A stretch of 16,904 nt of DNA, taken from positions 1 through 16,904 of IMG/VR virus record IMGVR_UViG_3300001530_000198, one strand, 5' to 3'. Positions within the stretch are counted from its first letter, which is position 1; every line of letters starts with the position of its first letter. This document shows, one piece after another, positions 7,562-14,469 of this stretch. The translations under genes were made by a program, and so were the position numbers. The DNA is from a virus. The notes under the pieces are model-generated. The model was not told the origin of the DNA and ran no database searches. It worked only from the letters and a program-made list of their open reading frames with translations.

Positions 7562-7915
7562 ATGGAAGGTATAGAGAGAATTAAAGCATTAGCAAGTGAG
7601 ATAAAAGATCCAGCACTTTTAAAAGTAGTAGAGTATTTATTATCCAGAGAGGATATGAACGATAAATACCTAAATGAATCTAAATCATTAAAAAGCATGG
7701 TAGATTTTATAAAAGGACAAGCTAAAAAACAAGCAAAAAATGGAATGGCTATGATAGAAGACGAAGTAGTTTACGGATGGGCTATTCATTACTGGGACGA
7801 AAATAATAAAGATTTAGATATAAAAGAAGAACCAGAAGAAGTAAAAGAAGTTAAACCAATAAAGAAAGTTCAAAAGAAAGAATGGGTTGCTGAAGGGCAA
7901 TTGAGTTTATTCTAA
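7562..7915 (+). CDS. PcfK-like protein
   Basis: 117 aa; NGMAMIEDEVVYGWAIHYW...; acidic/lysine linker and C-terminal GQLSLF; immediately precedes PcfJ-like ORF. Confidence 0.65.
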   Translation: MEGIERIKALASEIKDPALLKVVEYLLSREDMNDKYLNESKSLKSMVDFIKGQAKKQAKNGMAMIEDEVVYGWAIHYWDENNKDLDIKEEPEEVKEVKPIKKVQKKEWVAEGQLSLF

Positions 7916-7916
7916 A

Positions 7917-9296
7917 ATGTATATAACTAAAGCAGTAAGAGAACAAATAGAAAAGATAAACAACTATGTAGAACAATGGAACGATACAAAAGAATTTAAA
8001 CAATTTATAGAGGACCAAAAAATATATGTTGGTTTAATGAATAAAAAAGAATGTTTATGTATTAAATGCAAACATAAATTTAATACAAAATTAAAAATAA
8101 ATGAATATGATATTTGTCCTAAATGTAATCAAAAATTATTACTCAAAAGAACAACTAATTATTACAATAAAGACTATGTAATGTATTTAATACCATATAA
8201 AAACAATGAATACATAGTTAGAAATTACGAAATATTGAGTATTTTATCAAATGAAACAATGATATACGAGATAACAGAGTATGGAAGACAAATAGTAACA
8301 GGTTATTCAATAGAAGGATTTATTATAAATAACATGAGAAGAAATACATCAGGCTATTTTTATATAAGTTATCAAGAAAAAACAAGATATTGGAAACCTG
8401 AATATTACATTATGATATGTGGTAAATGTTTTGCAGACAACGGTACATTAAAACACAAGTATTATAATCCCAAAACAATATTAGATAATGCAGAAGTAAA
8501 TGTAAGAGAGATTATAGATGGTGTAACTCGCAATGATTATAGACTTGAATTATTAACGAAAGCAAAACTATATAATCTAGCATCAGATTATCAACATTTC
8601 CAAACAAAAGGAAAATTTGAAGATATATTCGGTGTGGACAAAAGCTATTTAGAATTTATGCAACAAAACAATATTACTTATAAAGAATTAATAACACTAC
8701 AGTTAGTAAAAATAAAAGATCATAACCTTATACAATATTTGTCTGAATTATATGACCTAAAAGAATTATTAGAATATTGCAAACCTTATGATTTATATAA
8801 TTATAAATTAAAAGATACCTGGTTATATTTAGATTATATAAAATTTTGTAAGAAACTAAGATATGACCTAAAAGATAAGTCAATATTATATCCAAAAAAC
8901 CTAGGATTTAAACATGATGAACTACAAAACCTTATAAAAATAAATGAAGATAAACAAACAACAAAAAAAATTAAAGAGCGATATAACAAAATAAAACAAA
9001 ATACTTATGAAAATAAAAAATTCGTTATATATCCAACAAAATCGATAGAAGAAATGATTAACGAATCGGCACAACAAAACAATTGTGTTCAAACTTACGC
9101 TGATCGAGTAGCAAAAGGTAAATGTGATATTTACTTCATGAGATTAGTAAATGAAAGAGAAAAATCATTAGTTACTGTAGAGGTAAGAAAAAACAAAATA
9201 GTACAGCAAAGAACCAAAAATAATATGGATACAACACCAGAACAAAAAAGATTTTTAAAGAAGTGGGAGAGAGATATATTATGCAAGATCAATTAA
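7917..9296 (+). CDS. PcfJ-like protein
   Basis: 459 aa; CIKCKHKF...CPKCNQK zinc ribbon-like start; NNCVQTYADRVAKGKCDIYFMRL...VEVRKNKIVQQR...F.KKW C-terminal pattern typical of PcfJ-like proteins. Confidence 0.7.
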   Translation: MYITKAVREQIEKINNYVEQWNDTKEFKQFIEDQKIYVGLMNKKECLCIKCKHKFNTKLKINEYDICPKCNQKLLLKRTTNYYNKDYVMYLIPYKNNEYIVRNYEILSILSNETMIYEITEYGRQIVTGYSIEGFIINNMRRNTSGYFYISYQEKTRYWKPEYYIMICGKCFADNGTLKHKYYNPKTILDNAEVNVREIIDGVTRNDYRLELLTKAKLYNLASDYQHFQTKGKFEDIFGVDKSYLEFMQQNNITYKELITLQLVKIKDHNLIQYLSELYDLKELLEYCKPYDLYNYKLKDTWLYLDYIKFCKKLRYDLKDKSILYPKNLGFKHDELQNLIKINEDKQTTKKIKERYNKIKQNTYENKKFVIYPTKSIEEMINESAQQNNCVQTYADRVAKGKCDIYFMRLVNEREKSLVTVEVRKNKIVQQRTKNNMDTTPEQKRFLKKWERDILCKIN

Positions 9297-9850
9297 TAAT
9301 AGAAAATCATAATTTAATTTATCACGTATTAAAAAAAATGAATTTATATAACCAATTAGACGAGTATTACGATATAGCAATAATTGGATTGATAAAAGCA
9401 GCTAAAAACTATGATGAAACAAAGAAAATAAAATTCTCTACATTCGCAAGTACATGCATAAAAAATGAACTTCTTTGTTATTTAAGATCTCATCAAAAAA
9501 GAAATTTAATAAATAATACTATTTCATTAGATGAAGTAATATATCAGTCATCAGATGGCGAAGATATATTTTTAAAAGATAAAATACCAGGTAATGTTAA
9601 TATTGAAGAAGAAATAATAACATCTGAACAAATTGAAAAATTGTATAAGATAATATCAAGTTTAAGTCAAATTGAAAAGTTTATATTGGAGTACTCGTAT
9701 GGTTTGAATAATAAATTAGTATTAACTCAATATCAATTAGCCGAATTAACGGGAATGTCTCAAGCAAATGTTTGTAGAGTGAGAAAGAAAGTTTTAACAA
9801 AAATTAAGGAAGGATTAAAGAGGTACGGTTATGTATGTAATACAAAATAA
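9281..9850 (+). CDS. sigma-70-like transcription factor
   Basis: ATG at 9281 with GGGAGAGAG upstream (track start 9263 is GTG). Region 2-like AIIGLIKAAKNYDETKKIKFSTFASTCIKNELLCYLR and region 4-like LTQYQLAELTGMSQANVCRVRKKVLTKIKEGLKR. Confidence 0.8.
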   Translation: MQDQLIIENHNLIYHVLKKMNLYNQLDEYYDIAIIGLIKAAKNYDETKKIKFSTFASTCIKNELLCYLRSHQKRNLINNTISLDEVIYQSSDGEDIFLKDKIPGNVNIEEEIITSEQIEKLYKIISSLSQIEKFILEYSYGLNNKLVLTQYQLAELTGMSQANVCRVRKKVLTKIKEGLKRYGYVCNTK

Positions 9851-10049
9851 AAATAATAAAATGTTTTATAGATTAAAAATAGATAAAAATGCACTTCATT
9901 GTGTATTGGACTTAAAGGAAGCTAAAAAAATTGCAAGTAAAATTACAGCAAGAGCAATAATACAATCTTTTAAATATCCACAAAATTATGAACTTTTAAA
10001 ATTAAGCAAGAAAGGACAAGTTATTTATGATGAAAGATGGAATGTATAG
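9831..10049 (+). CDS. hypothetical protein
   Basis: 72 aa, overlapping start with sigma-like gene. Confidence 0.45.
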   Translation: MYVIQNKNNKMFYRLKIDKNALHCVLDLKEAKKIASKITARAIIQSFKYPQNYELLKLSKKGQVIYDERWNV

Positions 10050-10212
10050 GATAGATAAAATGTTAGAACTTGAAAGAGAAAATGCACGGCTTAGACAAGA
10101 ACTAAAAACAATTGGAAAGATAGTAAAAAGATTAGAAGTAAAAGCTCAAAAGAAAAATGTTTTGGGTGGTACTGATTTAGATTTAATTTATATATTAGCA
10201 AAGATGAGGTAA
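10027..10212 (+). CDS. small coiled-coil protein
   Basis: YRIDKMLELERENARLRQELKTIGKIVKRLEVKAQKK. Confidence 0.5.
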   Translation: MMKDGMYRIDKMLELERENARLRQELKTIGKIVKRLEVKAQKKNVLGGTDLDLIYILAKMR

Positions 10213-10216
10213 AAAT

Positions 10217-10453
10217 ATGAAAAAAATTAGAGAATATTACATTTGTGATAGGTGTAAAGAAGAAATATCGGAAGACAAAAGAAATATTGCTCCAGATGTG
10301 ATGTATTGTTATGAGTTATGCAATAGATGTTTTGAAATATATGTTAAATACAGAAAGGAAATTAATTTATTAAATGATAAATACGATAGAATTAGCAAAA
10401 ATTTTAAATTTGGAAAATATTTACCTAAAGACTTAGAAAGTGAAGTGAATTAG
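10217..10453 (+). CDS. hypothetical protein with paired CxxC motifs
   Basis: YYICDRCKEEIS...CYELCNRCFEIYVKY, zinc-binding-like. Confidence 0.6.
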   Translation: MKKIREYYICDRCKEEISEDKRNIAPDVMYCYELCNRCFEIYVKYRKEINLLNDKYDRISKNFKFGKYLPKDLESEVN

Positions 10454-10456
10454 ATT

Positions 10457-10633
10457 ATGAGTTGGTTGATAGCAATTGGAATAGTATTATTAGTGATTTT
10501 AATAATGGTTGGTATAGCATTACTAATTTGTAGATTTGAATTAGAATTAGTATGGTGTTATTCAATGCTGGTAATATTGTTTATTGGTTTATTAGCATTA
10601 TTAGTAATGTTTGTCCACAAATTATTATTTTAG
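10457..10633 (+). CDS. small two-TM membrane protein, 58 aa (not in supplied ORF track)
   Basis: MSWLIAIGIVLLVILIMVGIALLICRFELELVWCYSMLVILFIGLLALLVMFVHKLLF*; fills the gap between 10453 and the next start at 10650. Confidence 0.55.
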   Translation: MSWLIAIGIVLLVILIMVGIALLICRFELELVWCYSMLVILFIGLLALLVMFVHKLLF

Positions 10634-10649
10634 AAAGTCAGGTGTAAAT

Positions 10650-10898
10650 ATGTTAAAAATAAAAGATAATATTGATTTAAAAGAATTAGAAAAGTTTGGG
10701 TTTGAAGATGAAGGACTTATTTATATAAAGAAAATTAAAAGAGAAAATAGTTTTCTTGGAATATCAAATATTAAAGATGTTTTTGTTGATGGATTAACAA
10801 GGCAAATAGGAATACAAGAAGGTTTATTTAATGTAGATGCAGAGTTAAATACAATATATGACCTAATAAAAGCCGATTTAGTAGAAAAGGTGGATTAA
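10650..10898 (+). CDS. hypothetical protein
   Basis: MLKIKDNIDLKELEKFGFEDEG...; ATG with CAGGTG upstream. The track start at 10611 lies within the upstream small ORF. Confidence 0.6.
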   Translation: MLKIKDNIDLKELEKFGFEDEGLIYIKKIKRENSFLGISNIKDVFVDGLTRQIGIQEGLFNVDAELNTIYDLIKADLVEKVD

Positions 10899-10900
10899 AT

Positions 10901-11092
10901 ATGAAAGATGAAAAAATAAATAAAATAATGAGCAAAATGGAAGACTTTATCAATAATTTTGATGAAAGAGCATCTATCAATTGTTCATATACTGAAATTC
11001 TTATTATAAATTACTATATAAAATATTTAGGAAGTCTTGTTAATTGTTATGACAGTATAATAAGTAAGTGTGGTGATTCAAATGAACGTTAA
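10901..11092 (+). CDS. hypothetical protein
   Basis: 63 aa ORF in operon context. Confidence 0.5.
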   Translation: MKDEKINKIMSKMEDFINNFDERASINCSYTEILIINYYIKYLGSLVNCYDSIISKCGDSNER

Positions 11093-11294
11093 TTTTGAAG
11101 CAATAGAAAAAGCGTGGTTTAAACCAAAGAAGACTATATTAGATGAGTTGGAAAGATGGTTAGAAGAACAACACCAATTTATTATTGAAATTCCAGCATA
11201 TACAAAAGAAATATCAATAGAACATAAAACAATGGAAATATGCTATGAAAGTATTTTAGACAAAATCCAAGAATTAAAAAAGGAGAAACAATGA
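11070..11294 (+). CDS. hypothetical protein
   Basis: ORF overlapping neighbours; internal ATG at 11082 is a plausible alternative start. Confidence 0.5.
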   Translation: MVIQMNVNFEAIEKAWFKPKKTILDELERWLEEQHQFIIEIPAYTKEISIEHKTMEICYESILDKIQELKKEKQ

Positions 11295-11419
11295 TAGAAC
11301 AATTAATAGCAATAATTTGTTTGATAGTATTTTGTTTTACTGGCAATTTAGAATTACTAAAAATATGTGGAATATTTTCAATAGCAGGTTATGTAAGTCA
11401 ATTAAAAAAAGGAGAATGA
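11291..11419 (+). CDS. small membrane peptide, 42 aa (not in supplied ORF track)
   Basis: MIEQLIAIICLIVFCFTGNLELLKICGIFSIAGYVSQLKKGE*; SD AAAGGAG; stop overlaps SD of next gene. Confidence 0.5.
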   Translation: MIEQLIAIICLIVFCFTGNLELLKICGIFSIAGYVSQLKKGE

Positions 11420-11421
11420 AA

Positions 11422-11577
11422 ATGGAAGAATATTTTAGATTTAAATATTATCAAGAAGTATATGGGGTTGTATTTGTAGCATTAGTTATAATAACTTTAA
11501 TATTAATATATTTTATTGGAATTATAATAGATAAAATAAAACTTAATAAAAAGTTTAAAAAGAAGAAAAGGAGATGA
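11422..11577 (+). CDS. small membrane protein
   Basis: MEEYFRFKYYQEVYGVVFVALVIITLILIYFIGIIIDKIKLNKKFKKKKRR; AAAGGAG SD supports ATG at 11422 rather than track start 11317. Confidence 0.6.
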   Translation: MEEYFRFKYYQEVYGVVFVALVIITLILIYFIGIIIDKIKLNKKFKKKKRR

Positions 11578-11581
11578 AATA

Positions 11582-11884
11582 ATGCTAACATTACCAATAA
11601 AAAAGAAATGGTTTGATATGATTCTTTCAGGAGAAAAAAAAGAAGAATATAGAGAAAAGAAACCTTATTATACAAGTAGATTTTATAATCTAGTTAATGT
11701 ATGGAGAGATGATGAAACAACAGTTGTACCAATATTGTTTAGAAATGGTTATTCAAATAATAGTCCAACTATTAAATGTATGGTGACAATTGGAGAACAA
11801 TATGGTGGAAATACAAACTGGGGGGCAGAACCTAATAAAGAATATTATGTATTAAAAATATTAAGTGTAGAAGAGGTGAAATAA
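11582..11884 (+). CDS. ASCH-domain-like protein
   Basis: LPIKKKWFDMILSGEKKEEYREKKPYYTSRF...ILFRNGYS...C.VTIGEQYGG. Confidence 0.75.
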   Translation: MLTLPIKKKWFDMILSGEKKEEYREKKPYYTSRFYNLVNVWRDDETTVVPILFRNGYSNNSPTIKCMVTIGEQYGGNTNWGAEPNKEYYVLKILSVEEVK

Positions 11885-12328
11885 ATGATAATAGTTTTAT
11901 TAATAATATCAATTTTAATATTTTGTTATATTTTATTTGTAGTTGAAGACGACGATCTAGCATTTATACCATTAGGAGGGTTTGTAATAAAGTTAGGAGT
12001 ATTAGTCTATTTATTAATCAAATTAATTGAAATGAGAGTAATAAATGAAAAAATAGAGTTATATATAAATCAAAATAATGAAATAGAAAATAAAATAGCA
12101 GTAGTAGTAAAACAATATATGGAACATGAAAACAAAACTTTTAAAGATTTAAAAACTGATACAAGTTATATAACATTAACTACATTATATCCTGAATTAA
12201 AAAGCGACAAATTAATTGAAAAAGAAATTGATTTATATGAAGCAAACAATGAAAAAATAATTACATTAAAAGAACAAAAAATAAATGAAAGAGTTTATAA
12301 ATGGTGGTTATATTTTGGAGGTAAATAA
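11885..12328 (+). CDS. membrane-anchored coiled-coil protein
   Basis: Two hydrophobic N-terminal segments followed by charged coiled coil. Confidence 0.5.
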   Translation: MIIVLLIISILIFCYILFVVEDDDLAFIPLGGFVIKLGVLVYLLIKLIEMRVINEKIELYINQNNEIENKIAVVVKQYMEHENKTFKDLKTDTSYITLTTLYPELKSDKLIEKEIDLYEANNEKIITLKEQKINERVYKWWLYFGGK

Positions 12329-12676
12329 ATGCCAGAAGAAATAAAAGAAATATTAGATAATATTGAATCATTAGCAAATAATCATACTGATAAATATGGT
12401 ATTAAGTTAGATGGTATGAGATTAAGAAATTATGAACTTAAATTAATTAATGATTACATAACAAACCTACAACAGTTATATGAAAACGGTTTAAAAGTTA
12501 ATCAAAATTCGCACAAATACATAACTGAATTAGAAACAAAAATATATTCATGTTTAGATGGTATAGATAGAACAATAGAAATAATAAAACAACAACCTAC
12601 AAAAGATGATAGTTGGATATTATCAAGATTATATGGTTTTAAATATGCTTTGAATGGAAGTGATAACAATGAATAA
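12329..12676 (+). CDS. hypothetical protein
   Basis: 115 aa helical ORF; GGAGG SD. Confidence 0.55.
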   Translation: MPEEIKEILDNIESLANNHTDKYGIKLDGMRLRNYELKLINDYITNLQQLYENGLKVNQNSHKYITELETKIYSCLDGIDRTIEIIKQQPTKDDSWILSRLYGFKYALNGSDNNE

Positions 12677-12857
12677 TGATGTAATATATCCAACAATGGT
12701 AATAAGAAGTCAAGCAGAAACTATTGAATTACAAGATAAAGAAATAGAACGATTAAATAATATTATAAATGAATATGAAAAATGGTTAAATGAGTTGGGA
12801 GCATGGTGTTATGTAGAAAAACTAAAAGAATTAAAGGAGAGTGGTAATAATGAATAG
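12669..12857 (+). CDS. small coiled-coil protein
   Basis: MNNDVIYPTMVIRSQAETIELQDKEIERLNNIINEYEKWLNELGAW...; ATG at 12669 preferred over the track start 12654 by inspection. Confidence 0.45.
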   Translation: MNNDVIYPTMVIRSQAETIELQDKEIERLNNIINEYEKWLNELGAWCYVEKLKELKESGNNE

Positions 12858-13104
12858 AATAGATACATTGAAACAAATATCAAAAATGATAGCAAGTGGA
12901 ACAATACCAAATGATGTATATAGTAAGTTTTTAAGTGAATGTCCAATAGGTTTTATGCAAGAAAAAGATTTATTTAATTACTTGATTGGTAATGATGAAA
13001 GTAAAGAAAGAGCAACAAACTACTACCTTAAAACACTTGCTAAAAATGGAAGTATGCCAGATGAGGCAGTTGAGATGTTTAATTTATTGGAGGGGAATAA
13101 ATGA
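12850..13104 (+). CDS. hypothetical protein
   Basis: MNRIDTLKQISKMIASGTIPNDVYSKFLSE...; GGAGAG SD. Track start is 12841. Confidence 0.5.
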   Translation: MNRIDTLKQISKMIASGTIPNDVYSKFLSECPIGFMQEKDLFNYLIGNDESKERATNYYLKTLAKNGSMPDEAVEMFNLLEGNK

Positions 13105-13349
13105 AAAGAAATTTTGAAAATATAATAATTACAATTTGCACTATATGTGCAGTAGTATTAACGACTATGTTTGTTATTGTAGGAATAGATATAATAAAAG
13201 CTAATAAAAGAAATCCATATGATGTTAATGGAGATGGACAAGTTAATGCACTTGATCTATTAAAAGTACAAAAATATATAATTAATCAGAATTTAGCAAC
13301 TACTGAAGGAACCGGAATTATAAGTGTAGTAGGAGTTAAAGGAGAATAA
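13101..13349 (+). CDS. membrane-anchored protein with a dockerin-like/EF-hand-like repeat
   Basis: N-terminal TM IIITICTICAVVLTTMFVIVGI, then DVNGDGQVNALDLLKVQKYII; GGAGGGG SD. Confidence 0.7.
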   Translation: MKRNFENIIITICTICAVVLTTMFVIVGIDIIKANKRNPYDVNGDGQVNALDLLKVQKYIINQNLATTEGTGIISVVGVKGE

Positions 13350-13351
13350 GT

Positions 13352-13513
13352 ATGAGTAAAGATAAAATTAAAGAAATAAATAACTTGATATTCTTAAAAG
13401 CGCAACTAATAAAAGCAGCTAAAAAAGAAATAAAAAGACTTCAACAAGAAAAGCAAACTATTGAGGGACAAAAAAGATTAGAAAAGAAATTAAAAAGAGG
13501 AGGAACAATATGA
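13352..13513 (+). CDS. small basic coiled-coil protein, 53 aa (not in supplied ORF track)
   Basis: MSKDKIKEINNLIFLKAQLIKAAKKEIKRLQQEKQTIEGQKRLEKKLKRGGTI*; GGAG SD; stop overlaps next ATG at 13510. Confidence 0.55.
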   Translation: MSKDKIKEINNLIFLKAQLIKAAKKEIKRLQQEKQTIEGQKRLEKKLKRGGTI

Positions 13514-13926
13514 AAGAATTTTTTAAAGATAAAAGTATCATTGAAATTTTAGCAATAATCATAATTGTAATAGCTATAATAAAGTGCTTAACAGGATGTA
13601 CAGATGCAGATATAGCATCGCAAAACATAAGCAAAGAAGCAGATATGTTTAGAGTTAAAAGAAGAATAACATTTATTAATTTAAGAAGTGACGAATATTT
13701 ATTCTCATTAATAGGTAATTGTTCAATAACAACAGATAATAACGATAAACAATTAGAAGTTACTTGTAAAATAGGAGACGATAAATATCAAAAACATTAT
13801 TTAAGACTATCAGAAGAAACAACTTACGTAGTTGAACAATTAGAATATAGTGAGGTATCAAAATACGATTACGAAATAGTATTCAAACCAAAAAGTATCA
13901 TACCATATAAAATTGAAGTTGATTAA
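13510..13926 (+). CDS. membrane/lipoprotein-like hypothetical protein
   Basis: IIEILAIIIIVIAIIKCLTGCTDAD; AGAGGAGG SD. Confidence 0.55.
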   Translation: MKEFFKDKSIIEILAIIIIVIAIIKCLTGCTDADIASQNISKEADMFRVKRRITFINLRSDEYLFSLIGNCSITTDNNDKQLEVTCKIGDDKYQKHYLRLSEETTYVVEQLEYSEVSKYDYEIVFKPKSIIPYKIEVD

Positions 13927-13946
13927 AAAGAATAAGTGGAGGTTGT

Positions 13947-14429
13947 ATGAAAGCAATAATAAATTATAATAATACATTATGCGAATTAAATAGTGCTAAA
14001 TTAAGATTAAACTTATTGATGGATAGGAAAGAGGCTTTATACTGTAAATACTTTCCGATGAATAAACCTATGAATTCTGAACATGTGGATGGAGGGCACA
14101 CGATAAAAGATCCTATGACACGATATTTAGAAGAATTAACCAGGATAAACGATGAAACAGGAAAAAGCCTTGACCAAGAAATAACTGAACAACGAAATGA
14201 AGTTAATAAATTAGAATATTACATACGACTAATGGATAAAACAATAAAAGAATTAAGAGGAATGGAAGCAGAATTGTATAGATACATAGTAATTGATGGT
14301 GTGAATATAAGTAAAGCAGTAGAAAAAGTATCAGAAAAGAATAATAAGAGCTTATCTACTGTGTGGACGATCTATCATGAATATATAAAAGAAAATTTAA
14401 ATAAATTGAAAAAAAATAAAAAATTGTAG
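13947..14429 (+). CDS. phage late-gene regulator-like protein (RinA/ArpU/DUF1492-like)
   Basis: 160 aa; YYIRLMDKTIKELRGMEAELYRYIVIDGVNISKAVEKVSEKNNKSLSTVWTIYHEYIKENLNKL, plus position before the terminase cluster. Confidence 0.5.
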   Translation: MKAIINYNNTLCELNSAKLRLNLLMDRKEALYCKYFPMNKPMNSEHVDGGHTIKDPMTRYLEELTRINDETGKSLDQEITEQRNEVNKLEYYIRLMDKTIKELRGMEAELYRYIVIDGVNISKAVEKVSEKNNKSLSTVWTIYHEYIKENLNKLKKNKKL

Positions 14430-14434
14430 TGAAA

Positions 14435-14463
14435 TTGGAGTAAATTCTATGCAATAATATAAA
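14435..14463 (+). promoter_or_regulatory. candidate sigma-A promoter for the large ncRNA
   Basis: TTGGAG - 17 nt - TATAAA at the left edge of the ORF desert. Confidence 0.5.
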
Positions 14464-14469
14464 CTGAAA

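Noticed and set aside
11451-11675. Minus-strand 74-aa ORF
   Set aside because: Antisense to the 11422 membrane protein and ASCH gene.
12502-12696. Minus-strand 64-aa ORF
   Set aside because: Antisense to the 12329-12676 gene.
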